A stretch of DNA of 22,554 bases from a virus (Duplodnaviria; Heunggongvirae; Uroviricota; Caudoviricetes), in the IMG/VR virus record IMGVR_UViG_3300023210_000016, one strand, 5' to 3'. Shown piece by piece: positions 1-7,938 of the stretch. The notes under the pieces were generated by a model, which was not told the DNA's origin, made no database searches, and saw only the letters and a program-made list of their open reading frames with translations. Made by a program: the position numbers and the translations under genes. The first letter of the stretch is position 1. Each line of letters begins with the position of its first letter.

Positions 1-32
1 GTCGAGATGTCGTCTATGGCTATGATGTCCAT
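1..32 (-). CDS. 5' fragment of a gene running off the window (MDIIAIDDIS...)
   Basis: ATG at 32-30, just after the o-spanin stop, open to the window edge. Confidence 0.4.
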   Translation of the reverse strand, partial: MDIIAIDDIS

Positions 33-36
33 CGGA

Positions 37-417
37 TCAGTCCTTTTTAACTGTCTTCTTTTCCTGTTGCCTTAATGCTTCTTCGTAGTATACTATAACT
101 GAGTTCTGTTGTCTAATGTATCTTCGCATTTCTTCGACATTGAATCCCAACGCTTTATAATCATCGACCACGATAGCGTAAAAAACAATCACTCCTTGCC
201 GTTCTTTGACCTCTGCTAAGAACGCATCAAGAGTTTCTGGTGTTACTACGTACCATGAATCCTCTAGTTTATTCAGACTTACTGGTTTTGGACGTACTTG
301 AATGAGCACTTGTTTCTCGACCGGTGCAGTCCGTATAAACAGTTCTTTTACGTTCCAGCCACAACTACTCAGTAGGAGTGTCAGTGGGAGCAGGATTGCT
401 AAATGCTTTAGTTTCAT
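37..417 (-). CDS. o-spanin (Rz1/PseT.2-like outer-membrane lipoprotein)
   Basis: Signal peptide with lipobox LSS-C, Pro-rich segment, helical C-terminus; start overlaps the 3' end of an i-spanin-like gene. Confidence 0.75.
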   Translation of the reverse strand: MKLKHLAILLPLTLLLSSCGWNVKELFIRTAPVEKQVLIQVRPKPVSLNKLEDSWYVVTPETLDAFLAEVKERQGVIVFYAIVVDDYKALGFNVEEMRRYIRQQNSVIVYYEEALRQQEKKTVKKD

Positions 418-772
418 CTTCTATATCTCGAAATAATTTACTTGTGGCTCGTCTGGCTCTTCGTTGGAGCAGTCCGGGTTTACTAGCACTAAGGTGTGTC
501 AAGTTATGCTTTGATAACATTTCACGTAATGCGTCTTTGTCTTTTTCGGCAAGCTGTAATGATTTTTGCAACTTGTTGTTTGCCGCAGCGGTTCGTTTGA
601 AATCCGCTTCCATCGTGGCAATAGTATCCTTCTGGAGATCGACCGATACAGTCAGTTTCGCGTTGTTCTCATTCAATGTACGAATAGTAGCCTGTGTGTC
701 TTTGTAGTACATATAGAATATACCAGACATCACTGCCATAACAACCAACAATACTCCAACAACTTTTATCAT
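365..772 (-). CDS. i-spanin (Rz/PseT.3-like inner-membrane protein)
   Basis: Single N-terminal TM helix followed by a long coiled coil; directly upstream of the lipoprotein gene. Confidence 0.75.
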   Translation of the reverse strand: MIKVVGVLLVVMAVMSGIFYMYYKDTQATIRTLNENNAKLTVSVDLQKDTIATMEADFKRTAAANNKLQKSLQLAEKDKDALREMLSKHNLTHLSASKPGLLQRRARRATSKLFRDIEDETKAFSNPAPTDTPTE

Positions 773-2049
773 ATCTTTCCTAACAACCGGCGACGTTCGC
801 CTTCGCCTTCTTGGTATCCATCGGCTTTCCAGACATTTTCCAGACGTTTCAAAATAGCACCGATGTTCGGTCCAGAAGGAAGTCCTTTGGCTAGTAGGTC
901 TTTGCCGGATACGGGGAATACCGGCTTGGTATTCGATCCTAGATTATCCGCAAGGTCTTGCTTTCCTTGGTATTTAAGCAATTCAACGATGTATTCATCT
1001 TTTATTTTGGAGTTCGTGTACATCTTCATCGCTTCGTCCATGGTGATATCTTGATCACGCATGATAACAATAAATCGGGCAAGCTCACGATCTTCGATCT
1101 TCAGCTTCCAACTACCAGCGACCTTCAGTACATCATTCTCATTGTGTAGCAACGCCGCCAGCAATGATGCTGGGTTATTCGTGAACTGTTTCGCACGGTT
1201 GAACTCGTTCATATTCAATTCAGGCATACCCATGTGTTGTGTGACATCGGTAACTTCCATGTATGGTATAATTTTGTCAGTGTGATTGCCCGTGATGATC
1301 TTTGCAAATTCCGACCAGATACGTTCGCCACTGATCTGTCTCATTCCATTAGCGTTTCGTTTTACTGCGGCCAAAGTGGCTGTATTGAAATTCGGGGTAT
1401 CGTTGCGACCTTGGAATCGGAAGTACCGCAGTATACGAAGATAATCTTCGATCATTCTGCTATCAGCATCGCCGACAAATTTAGCAGTACCAGCTTTCAA
1501 ATCGCCCTCGCCACCATGATAATCATACAGACGACCATCAAAATCGAGAGACATTGCGTTCATTGTTAGATCGCGGCGATCTGAATCCGTCTTCCAGTCA
1601 CGTGTCCATGAAACATCGGCATGTCGGCCATCCTGCTCTGTATCAATACGCAGGGTAGTGATCTCAAAGTCTTCGCCATTTAGAACAGCGGTGAATGTTC
1701 CGTGTTTCAATCCAGTTGGAAGAATACGGATGCCGGTACGATTTGCTACACTTGCCAAAGCATCTTCTAAATCTCTCTTATCCGTGCTTTCGTCAGATGT
1801 ACCGAACATATCATATAATTTGTTAGCCCATTCAATGTCCATATCGGTTAGTATGGCAATTGATTCCGCAGGAGTGGCATCTGTGGCCAGATCGATATCT
1901 TTAGGGTTTTTGCTAATCAATAGATCACGCACTGCACCGCCAACGATACGGAGTTCATGTCCGTTATCATTGTAGATTTTTCCAAGTTTCATCAATGCTG
2001 GTGTTAGCAGTGCTTTGAACTCGGGCGAATTGATGTGGCGTGTGCTCAT
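769..2049 (-). CDS. cca: CCA-adding tRNA nucleotidyltransferase (class II, no HD domain)
   Basis: VGGAVRDLL, DIDLATDA, TGLKHGT, RRDLTMNAM, EDYLRILRYFRF, SGERIW and C-terminal FPVSGKDL..G.NIGAIL motifs. Confidence 0.9.
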   Translation of the reverse strand: MSTRHINSPEFKALLTPALMKLGKIYNDNGHELRIVGGAVRDLLISKNPKDIDLATDATPAESIAILTDMDIEWANKLYDMFGTSDESTDKRDLEDALASVANRTGIRILPTGLKHGTFTAVLNGEDFEITTLRIDTEQDGRHADVSWTRDWKTDSDRRDLTMNAMSLDFDGRLYDYHGGEGDLKAGTAKFVGDADSRMIEDYLRILRYFRFQGRNDTPNFNTATLAAVKRNANGMRQISGERIWSEFAKIITGNHTDKIIPYMEVTDVTQHMGMPELNMNEFNRAKQFTNNPASLLAALLHNENDVLKVAGSWKLKIEDRELARFIVIMRDQDITMDEAMKMYTNSKIKDEYIVELLKYQGKQDLADNLGSNTKPVFPVSGKDLLAKGLPSGPNIGAILKRLENVWKADGYQEGEGERRRLLGKI

Positions 2050-2082
2050 TGTAACTCCATTAATATGTCAACGTGTCCTGTC

Positions 2083-2691
2083 TTATTTATCCGGCACAAC
2101 GTATCCAAAGTGGGCGATTTCGTCTGGAAACGTGTCTTGAATGAACTGTATATATGAGTCAGTATAGTACTCTTTTGGGTTGTATTTCTGAACATGAGAT
2201 GCCCGTGTTAGTGGTTCGAAGCATCCTGTGTGTTCTTGTATTTGTTTGAAGCCTTGGTCTAGATTGTCGAGGTCAATAACTATATCTACATTTCGGATGT
2301 ATTCCATTTGGGAAATGGTATGTTTCTCATTGCGTTGCCTGTTGGTTTGGATGTAATTCTCTATCCCGTTGTCCCATTCAAACATATCATCGTCGTATTG
2401 TTTTGTCAACCTCGCAATGTCTGCATCGTTTTGTGCCCGTGATAACATTTTCTTCAATCGTTCGGGACGATGTGCAAACAGGTACATGCTAACCATACGT
2501 TCGTAGGTATTTCTGGTTACGGTAAATGATATGTTGTATGCAAAATGTGGGATTAATGGTTTCATCTCGTCCAACGATAAATGCCCTACAAATTTTGGAG
2601 AACCGATGTGCGTTTTGAACCAATTGCCTATGCTACCACCAGCGGCTTTGGGTATATGAACGAATGCCGTGCCGTTACAGAGGAACGACAT
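2083..2691 (-). CDS. Sulfotransferase family protein (Sulfotransfer_2-like)
   Basis: 5'-PSB motif FVHIPKAAGGSI and 3'-PB motif RNTYERMVSMY. Confidence 0.8.
   Translation of the reverse strand: MSFLCNGTAFVHIPKAAGGSIGNWFKTHIGSPKFVGHLSLDEMKPLIPHFAYNISFTVTRNTYERMVSMYLFAHRPERLKKMLSRAQNDADIARLTKQYDDDMFEWDNGIENYIQTNRQRNEKHTISQMEYIRNVDIVIDLDNLDQGFKQIQEHTGCFEPLTRASHVQKYNPKEYYTDSYIQFIQDTFPDEIAHFGYVVPDK
2084..2091 (-). promoter_or_regulatory. T4 late-type promoter box GATAAATA upstream of cca
   Basis: Matches NATAAATA; overlaps the sulfotransferase stop, ~35 nt upstream of the cca start. Confidence 0.5.
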
Positions 2692-3443
2692 TAGTCCAAA
2701 AACTTTTTGGCCAAGTTCGCTTTTTGGGCAATAATCTTCTTAAAATCAGCTACGGCTTTTTCTGGATCATCCATCATGCCATCCGGAAACCAATTTCTGG
2801 ATTGTGATTTAATGTGATCATAGTATTGGTCAGGGTTCTGATAATTCCCATCATGAACATCCTTCAATAGCCCAGACCATATTGTCCCATCCATGCTGTG
2901 ATCCATGGGGAATTGGTTTGGCTTCACGCCAGATAAATCTGCGATGATTTCTTTTTCTTGTTCTGCTGTGTTGCGTATCTCAGATATAGGGAGTTTATCC
3001 CCGCGTCGATCTCTGATGTGGGAGATTCTGTTGCTCAGTACATCCAATGCGTGGCTTGCCAAAGCGGGAACATATGCAACAACGTTATCGAGGGTGATGT
3101 TATATTTAAGTAACATCGGACTGCGTGAATGATCGCCCGTTGGTGTGAAAATCAAGCCGGGCGAGTTATTTGCCATATTGAATCCTATATCAAATGAAGT
3201 GGTCGTGGATGCAATTTTATCTTCTCGCATATCCGATTGGTTTTGCAAACTCAATGCTCGGTATACGGCGATGTTGCCACCGTGTAATTGGCGAACAAGG
3301 TTAACGGACATCTCTTTCAGGTATGGTTTCTTTTGAACTATCTCCGCGATTCGTCCTTTACCAGTTTCGATGTCAGCCAAGATTGCCTTGGCTTCGGGGA
3401 GACTGATGCGGGATTTCGCTTCTAAGAGTTCATGTATCTTCAT
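2691..3443 (-). CDS. Putative R-S-E clade ADP-ribosyltransferase with MKIHELLE leader
   Basis: Motifs in ART order: VYRAL (R), ASTTTS (STS), EQEKEII (ExE). Confidence 0.6.
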   Translation of the reverse strand: MKIHELLEAKSRISLPEAKAILADIETGKGRIAEIVQKKPYLKEMSVNLVRQLHGGNIAVYRALSLQNQSDMREDKIASTTTSFDIGFNMANNSPGLIFTPTGDHSRSPMLLKYNITLDNVVAYVPALASHALDVLSNRISHIRDRRGDKLPISEIRNTAEQEKEIIADLSGVKPNQFPMDHSMDGTIWSGLLKDVHDGNYQNPDQYYDHIKSQSRNWFPDGMMDDPEKAVADFKKIIAQKANLAKKFLD

Positions 3444-3805
3444 TATTCTTTACTCAGGAATTTTATATATTTAGCTGGAATTGGCTCTTGAGTGGACCAC
3501 TCCCAACTGCTGTCTCCGGTGAACGTAGGGGCCGCAGGGAAGTTGTTTGGCAATGTGATAGACAATGCTGCTAGATCGACACCTTCGCCGTACTTTTCTT
3601 CGTATTCTTCACCAAGCCAATTCATCAACGCATTGTTCATATCATCGATGGATGGGAACATGAAAATCCCATGATCGCCCATTACTTCGCTGCGGGTGCC
3701 AGATTTTGGAATAAGCCCTTGGGTCAGAATAGATTTAACATTATCATACAAGGTAACATGATAGAACGTTCGGGAAACATTATCCGTAAGTTCATGTATC
3801 TTCAC
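3443..3805 (-). CDS. Small ART-fold protein (H-x-T type, Tpt1/DarT-like NAD-binding domain) with MKIHEL leader
   Basis: FYHVT...SILTQGLIP...GIFMF...WEW...IPAKYI pattern; GTG start overlapping the upstream TGA. Confidence 0.6.
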   Translation of the reverse strand: MKIHELTDNVSRTFYHVTLYDNVKSILTQGLIPKSGTRSEVMGDHGIFMFPSIDDMNNALMNWLGEEYEEKYGEGVDLAALSITLPNNFPAAPTFTGDSSWEWSTQEPIPAKYIKFLSKE

Positions 3806-4275
3806 GCCCAGTCCTTGTCAAAGGTTTCCGTGTATTCATTCGTGACCACCAACTTAACATCAGGAGTCGGTAACTCGGTTAAACTCAGATCACATGCCTC
3901 GTAACTCAAGGTAACGTGTGGAGTATAGCTATCAAAATCCCATGATAAATCGTGGGCATCCATGCCATGTTCGTGACGTTTATTAAGCTCCGGACATTCA
4001 AAAGATAACACAAGTACGTTGTTTTCTTCTCCGAACAGTTCCAACTTATATGTACTTGGATCAATTTCCACGTTATGTTCGGCTGATTCCCAATCGAACT
4101 GTTTGTCTTTGCTGTACAGCACAGTTACGTGCATGTCGTCGGCGGGTGTCGGTTTATCGATCCCGTGCCGGTGTGTCCAGTCTTGTAGACTTTTGATGCT
4201 GTCTTCGCTAATATGTGCGCCTACAAACATTCCGGGCTTCTCTGCCCGTTCTTCTAGTAATTCTGATATCATCAT
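3802..4275 (-). CDS. acb1: Anti-CBASS nuclease Acb1 (T4 gp57B-like 2H phosphodiesterase)
   Basis: Two HxT motifs (MHVTVLYS, YTPHVTLSY), N-terminal GMFVGA, VLVL, C-terminal EY.E...DWA; colinear with T4 57B as I recall it. Confidence 0.85.
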   Translation of the reverse strand: MMISELLEERAEKPGMFVGAHISEDSIKSLQDWTHRHGIDKPTPADDMHVTVLYSKDKQFDWESAEHNVEIDPSTYKLELFGEENNVLVLSFECPELNKRHEHGMDAHDLSWDFDSYTPHVTLSYEACDLSLTELPTPDVKLVVTNEYTETFDKDWA

Positions 4276-4691
4276 CCTATTGCTCTCTTCACCATTGGGT
4301 GATCTAAGTCGCGTCTGTCTCTACAGCCGATGTATAGCGGGGCCGCGAATCCATCCGCCCAATGTTCGTCCATATCCCATTCGTCGGCATGAACCTCTTC
4401 TGATGTGGAAAATAAAAACAACTCGCCTACTGCGGTTCTGCCGCTTAAAAATGCACTCACATCATCATGGTGCGCCAAATATGAATTCCAAACATACAAC
4501 TTGTTCTCCCATATAAGACCCCTGAGTTCTGATTCTAGCCCAACCATTATTCTATCTAAGTCTTTTCGCGAAGGGTTCACATACAAAATGGTATCATCGA
4601 CACTCCATTGATCTGGTGGCATCGGTATACGTTTAAGTTCCGACAACGTTGCCTCACTAATCATATCTAGTTTTTTCAACAATACCTTCAT
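4272..4691 (-). CDS. Hypothetical protein
   Basis: 139-aa ORF coupled by ATGA overlap in the same operon; N-terminus contains MISEA. Confidence 0.7.
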   Translation of the reverse strand: MKVLLKKLDMISEATLSELKRIPMPPDQWSVDDTILYVNPSRKDLDRIMVGLESELRGLIWENKLYVWNSYLAHHDDVSAFLSGRTAVGELFLFSTSEEVHADEWDMDEHWADGFAAPLYIGCRDRRDLDHPMVKRAIG

Positions 4692-4718
4692 TGTACCATA
4701 ACCATCCGTTGATGTCTA

Positions 4719-5162
4719 TTAAATCCGTGTGTACACAGTTTTGCCATCAACCTTATCCGCTGCCAGAACTTCATTACGTCCCGGCTCAAAGTAAGAACAA
4801 TGTATCCAGCCACCAGATGGGGAGTCTAGGAATTCAAAAATCAATTGATCGAACTCTAGATTGTCTCTGATCCAATTGCCTAGCTCTTGGATGCTGGCAC
4901 CCGAAGCACTGAAGTCTGCGGCTTGGCCTTTTGAATGTTGTGATGTTGTTGATCCGCCAATAGCTTCATTCAATGCGTCTGAACGATAGCCTGATGTTAC
5001 GGTGATTGGGCCGAAATGATCTCGGCATGGCTGTAAGATTTTCTCACATAACAGTTGTAAGTTATCTTGGTGTACGTCGGTTGGGCTGTTATCCAGCCCT
5101 CTTCTAGTTGCCGTTTGGCTTCTAGTCATTTCATTAAGTGAGAAGTTTGCTGATAGTTTCAT
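4719..5162 (-). CDS. Peptidase M15A family endolysin
   Basis: VTSGYRS, SQH.KGQAADF, GWIHCS Zn-peptidase motifs; start set at MKLSANFSL (5162), just after the upstream stop. Confidence 0.85.
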   Translation of the reverse strand: MKLSANFSLNEMTRSQTATRRGLDNSPTDVHQDNLQLLCEKILQPCRDHFGPITVTSGYRSDALNEAIGGSTTSQHSKGQAADFSASGASIQELGNWIRDNLEFDQLIFEFLDSPSGGWIHCSYFEPGRNEVLAADKVDGKTVYTRI

Positions 5163-5163
5163 G

Positions 5164-5787
5164 TTAACGCCTTGCTCGTGTTGCTGGCTTCGTAGATTCT
5201 TTATGATCATTGAATGAAACACCTGCCTGTTCTCTTAGTTTGTCTGTGAATTTGTTTCTTGGAGCATACCGATTGACATTCATACCAGCCGCCATTTGAA
5301 GTGATTCCATTGCAACATCAACGCCATCTTCGATGCCATTCATGTCCTTGTCGCCATAGTATTCACGATACTCGCGTGGGGAGTTCGGGATTTCGTTCTC
5401 CAGATTTTCCTGTGTAACAGGCAGTCGTCTGTCGTTTTTGTAATACATGAATTCCCAGTCCTTATGATCGATCTCTGTTAGTGCTTCCATATCTACGAGG
5501 ATTTCGATGATCTTCGCAGGTGTCCATGTTCGGCGTTTGATTTCAACAAACACCAGATATTTTCCGTCTTGGAATTCACCTGTGCTGACATCAGCGTCCA
5601 GAACGTCGTTGAATCCCTTCTCAAGGAACCCCATCAAATCCATTGCTGGATTTTTGCCGGTCACCAAGAAGCTAACGACTACGATTTCATCATCATCACC
5701 CATTTTACTGCGAAACTGATCAATATGTAGCTCGGGACGAACCAATCGGTTCAGATCGCCCTCGTTAAGACCCTCAAATAAATTCAT
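5164..5787 (-). CDS. Conserved-looking hypothetical large-phage protein (possible head/core protein)
   Basis: Long acidic ORF; start MNLFEGLNEG at 5787 overlaps the upstream stop by 14 nt. Confidence 0.65.
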   Translation of the reverse strand: MNLFEGLNEGDLNRLVRPELHIDQFRSKMGDDDEIVVVSFLVTGKNPAMDLMGFLEKGFNDVLDADVSTGEFQDGKYLVFVEIKRRTWTPAKIIEILVDMEALTEIDHKDWEFMYYKNDRRLPVTQENLENEIPNSPREYREYYGDKDMNGIEDGVDVAMESLQMAAGMNVNRYAPRNKFTDKLREQAGVSFNDHKESTKPATRARR

Positions 5788-6337
5788 CTTCTTCTGCTCC
5801 TGTTCCAACATCTTCCATTTCTTCATCTGTTTCAGATGTATCCACGTTTGCTTGATCCATCATACCTTCATCAAATGCGCTTTCGACCTGTTGTAGATCG
5901 ACTTCTTTGCCCTCGATTTCGAGTGAACCTTCTTTAATGTCACTGACAAGCTCTCGTGGCATGATGATATTCACGAACCAAACGGGTACTTCCTTGATTT
6001 CTGGCTTATGTGAGCCATCATCGCGGTAGTCTGCATCTGTTTTGATTGTTACGGGGAAGCGTAATACGCCTTTTTTCCAGAACATTTTGCACCCTAATTC
6101 GAGCAATCGTTTGCCACCATTTGGGTCAGGCATGACTGCTACAGGCCACATAAACTTGCATGATACGAAGTATTTCTCGTACAATGGGCCTTCCACCAGT
6201 TCACCTTGTTTCCAGTGTTTGAATGAGTACACGTCCTGTTCATCGAGCACACGCTCAAAGTCCATGAGCGTTGTCAATGCACTGTTGGTCAAGTACAGCA
6301 TTTTCGTATTTTTTACAGCATCGTCAAGATTGAGCAT
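5774..6337 (-). CDS. Hypothetical large-phage protein with acidic tail
   Basis: 187-aa ORF with SD AAGGA and a CATAAATA box upstream. Confidence 0.75.
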   Translation of the reverse strand: MLNLDDAVKNTKMLYLTNSALTTLMDFERVLDEQDVYSFKHWKQGELVEGPLYEKYFVSCKFMWPVAVMPDPNGGKRLLELGCKMFWKKGVLRFPVTIKTDADYRDDGSHKPEIKEVPVWFVNIIMPRELVSDIKEGSLEIEGKEVDLQQVESAFDEGMMDQANVDTSETDEEMEDVGTGAEEDEFI

Positions 6338-6354
6338 ATTAGTTCCTTACATGG

Positions 6355-6362
6355 TATTTATG
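6355..6362 (-). promoter_or_regulatory. Late-type promoter CATAAATA
   Basis: Intergenic, 18 nt upstream of ATG 6337. Confidence 0.6.
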
Positions 6363-6414
6363 ATGGAACAACGATTACTGACACAATCTGGAATGTTCTG
6401 AGTAGGCGATCTTA

Positions 6415-6422
6415 TATTTATC
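6415..6422 (-). promoter_or_regulatory. Late-type promoter GATAAATA inside an inverted repeat
   Basis: Intergenic match; lies between TTCTGAG (6396-6402) and CTCAGAA (6425-6431). Confidence 0.4.
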
Positions 6423-6468
6423 CTCTCAGAATCCTAAAAGTAACGAGCTATTATGATGGTGGGGGGAA

Positions 6469-6476
6469 AATAAATA
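6469..6476 (+). promoter_or_regulatory. Late-type promoter AATAAATA for phoH
   Basis: Intergenic, upstream of SD AAGGAG (6502-6507) and ATG 6512. Confidence 0.5.
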
Positions 6477-6511
6477 TTGGTGTGAACAACAAGTTCACTA
6501 CAAGGAGTAAA

Positions 6512-7240
6512 ATGTCTAGAAGTAAAAAGGCAAAAGGCTTTAAATACAACAATGAGCCAGTAGTTCAACTAGATAACTACATCACTAAAAAGAAACGTGT
6601 GGACATGATCCCACGAAACATCAATCAAGAAGAGTACGTAGAATTGCTACTCGATCCAAGTAAATTAATGGTTTTTGCGGTAGGTCCAGCGGGCACTGGT
6701 AAAACGATGCTAGCCGTATTAGCAGCCATCAAAGCTTACAAAGAAGGATCGATACAACGAATCGTGCTTACAAGACCTGCAGTGGGCGTTGATGACGAGA
6801 AGCATGGATTTTTACCGGGTGACCTAAATCAGAAAATGGAACCTTGGACTAAGCCGTTGTTTGATGTCATCAACGAATACTACACCCCAAAGGATGTGGC
6901 AAACATGATCGAAAATGATATCATTGAAATTGCACCGTTAGCTATGATGCGCGGCAGAACGTTCAAGAATTGTTTCATCATTGCTGACGAAATGCAGAAC
7001 GCCACTCCAAATCAAATGAAGATGATTCTAACTCGATTAGGAGAAAATTCTGAAATGGTGATTACGGGTGATGTCAATCAAACAGATAGACAAGCGGCCC
7101 AAAATGGATTACTTGACTTTGGAAAGCTTCTTAGCAGATTCGGAGAAGCGGAATACATCGACTCAGTTGAATTTAACCGAGACGATATAGAACGTCATCC
7201 TGCTGTCAAAGAAGTGTTGGATATCTACGGCGAGGACTAG
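6512..7240 (+). CDS. phoH: PhoH-like ATPase
   Basis: GPAGTGKT Walker A, RGRTF, DEMQN, GDVNQTD, RHPAV motifs; ATG 6512 follows AAGGAG. Confidence 0.92.
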   Translation: MSRSKKAKGFKYNNEPVVQLDNYITKKKRVDMIPRNINQEEYVELLLDPSKLMVFAVGPAGTGKTMLAVLAAIKAYKEGSIQRIVLTRPAVGVDDEKHGFLPGDLNQKMEPWTKPLFDVINEYYTPKDVANMIENDIIEIAPLAMMRGRTFKNCFIIADEMQNATPNQMKMILTRLGENSEMVITGDVNQTDRQAAQNGLLDFGKLLSRFGEAEYIDSVEFNRDDIERHPAVKEVLDIYGED

Positions 7241-7548
7241 TCTGTTCCATTGTATGGCGGTACATTCGCCGTAGCTGGAGCATTCAGAGACTTCACCATT
7301 GCGTCAAGCATGCGTAGCATTGCGTTGAACTCAGCGTTGATGTCTTTTTGACCATTGGTCGGGACGCAAATAGCTTCCACGCCACTTCCCTGTGCCAAAA
7401 CCGTATGCTTTGCTTCCACGCCACTTCCCTGTGCCAAAACCGTATGCTTTGCTTCCACGCACTTGTTCATGGCATTTTTACCATCATATTCTGTGCGAAT
7501 TTCAGCACCGCTCATGAGTGTGATAATTAACATTGCTTTCATAATCAT
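7237..7548 (-). CDS. Small hypothetical protein with hydrophobic N-terminus and an in-frame 13-aa duplication
   Basis: Start MIMKAMLIITL at 7548 after AGGA; convergent stop shares CTAG with phoH. Confidence 0.6.
   Translation of the reverse strand: MIMKAMLIITLMSGAEIRTEYDGKNAMNKCVEAKHTVLAQGSGVEAKHTVLAQGSGVEAICVPTNGQKDINAEFNAMLRMLDAMVKSLNAPATANVPPYNGTD
7373..7460. repeat. Perfect 39-bp tandem duplication plus a 10-bp third partial copy
   Basis: 7373-7411 equals 7412-7450; GCTTCCACGC recurs at 7373, 7412 and 7451. Confidence 0.95.
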
Positions 7549-7549
7549 G

Positions 7550-7936
7550 TCAGTCTTCCTTCTTTGTTTGTGCGTTACGTGTTCGGGTGTCCATATCACT
7601 CAGCCATTCAACCATTTTCTCTTTGCAGATGGCTTCATTCGCCATCGCTGCTCTAAGGTTGTCGTGGTGCATTTTTAGTTCCTCGGGCTGATGTCCTCGA
7701 ATGCCCTCCATCCGAAGATACAAGTTGTATATACGATTGTCAGAACGTATCCACAACCATATGAACTGATTGAACACAGATGCTTTGTCTGATAACAATT
7801 CTACGGTATAGATATCATTGTATTTGAACTTGGTCTCAACAACAAACCGTGCTTCATCATAGGAGTCACTGACCTCGGACGGATCATATGTCCATTGTTT
7901 GCCAAGCTTCTCCGAGAAATAGTCAAGGTCTTTCAT
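7550..7936 (-). CDS. Hypothetical protein
   Basis: ORF fills the operon gap; start MKDLDY at 7936, just after the upstream stop. Confidence 0.65.
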   Translation of the reverse strand: MKDLDYFSEKLGKQWTYDPSEVSDSYDEARFVVETKFKYNDIYTVELLSDKASVFNQFIWLWIRSDNRIYNLYLRMEGIRGHQPEELKMHHDNLRAAMANEAICKEKMVEWLSDMDTRTRNAQTKKED

Positions 7937-7938
7937 CT

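Noticed and set aside
790-812. GAAGGC micro-repeat (EGEGE) near the cca 3' end as a frameshift signal
   Set aside because: Only two short units; the ORF ends normally with ATGA coupling
7373-7460. CRISPR-like repeat
   Set aside because: Head-to-tail copies with no spacers, in frame within a CDS, no cas genes
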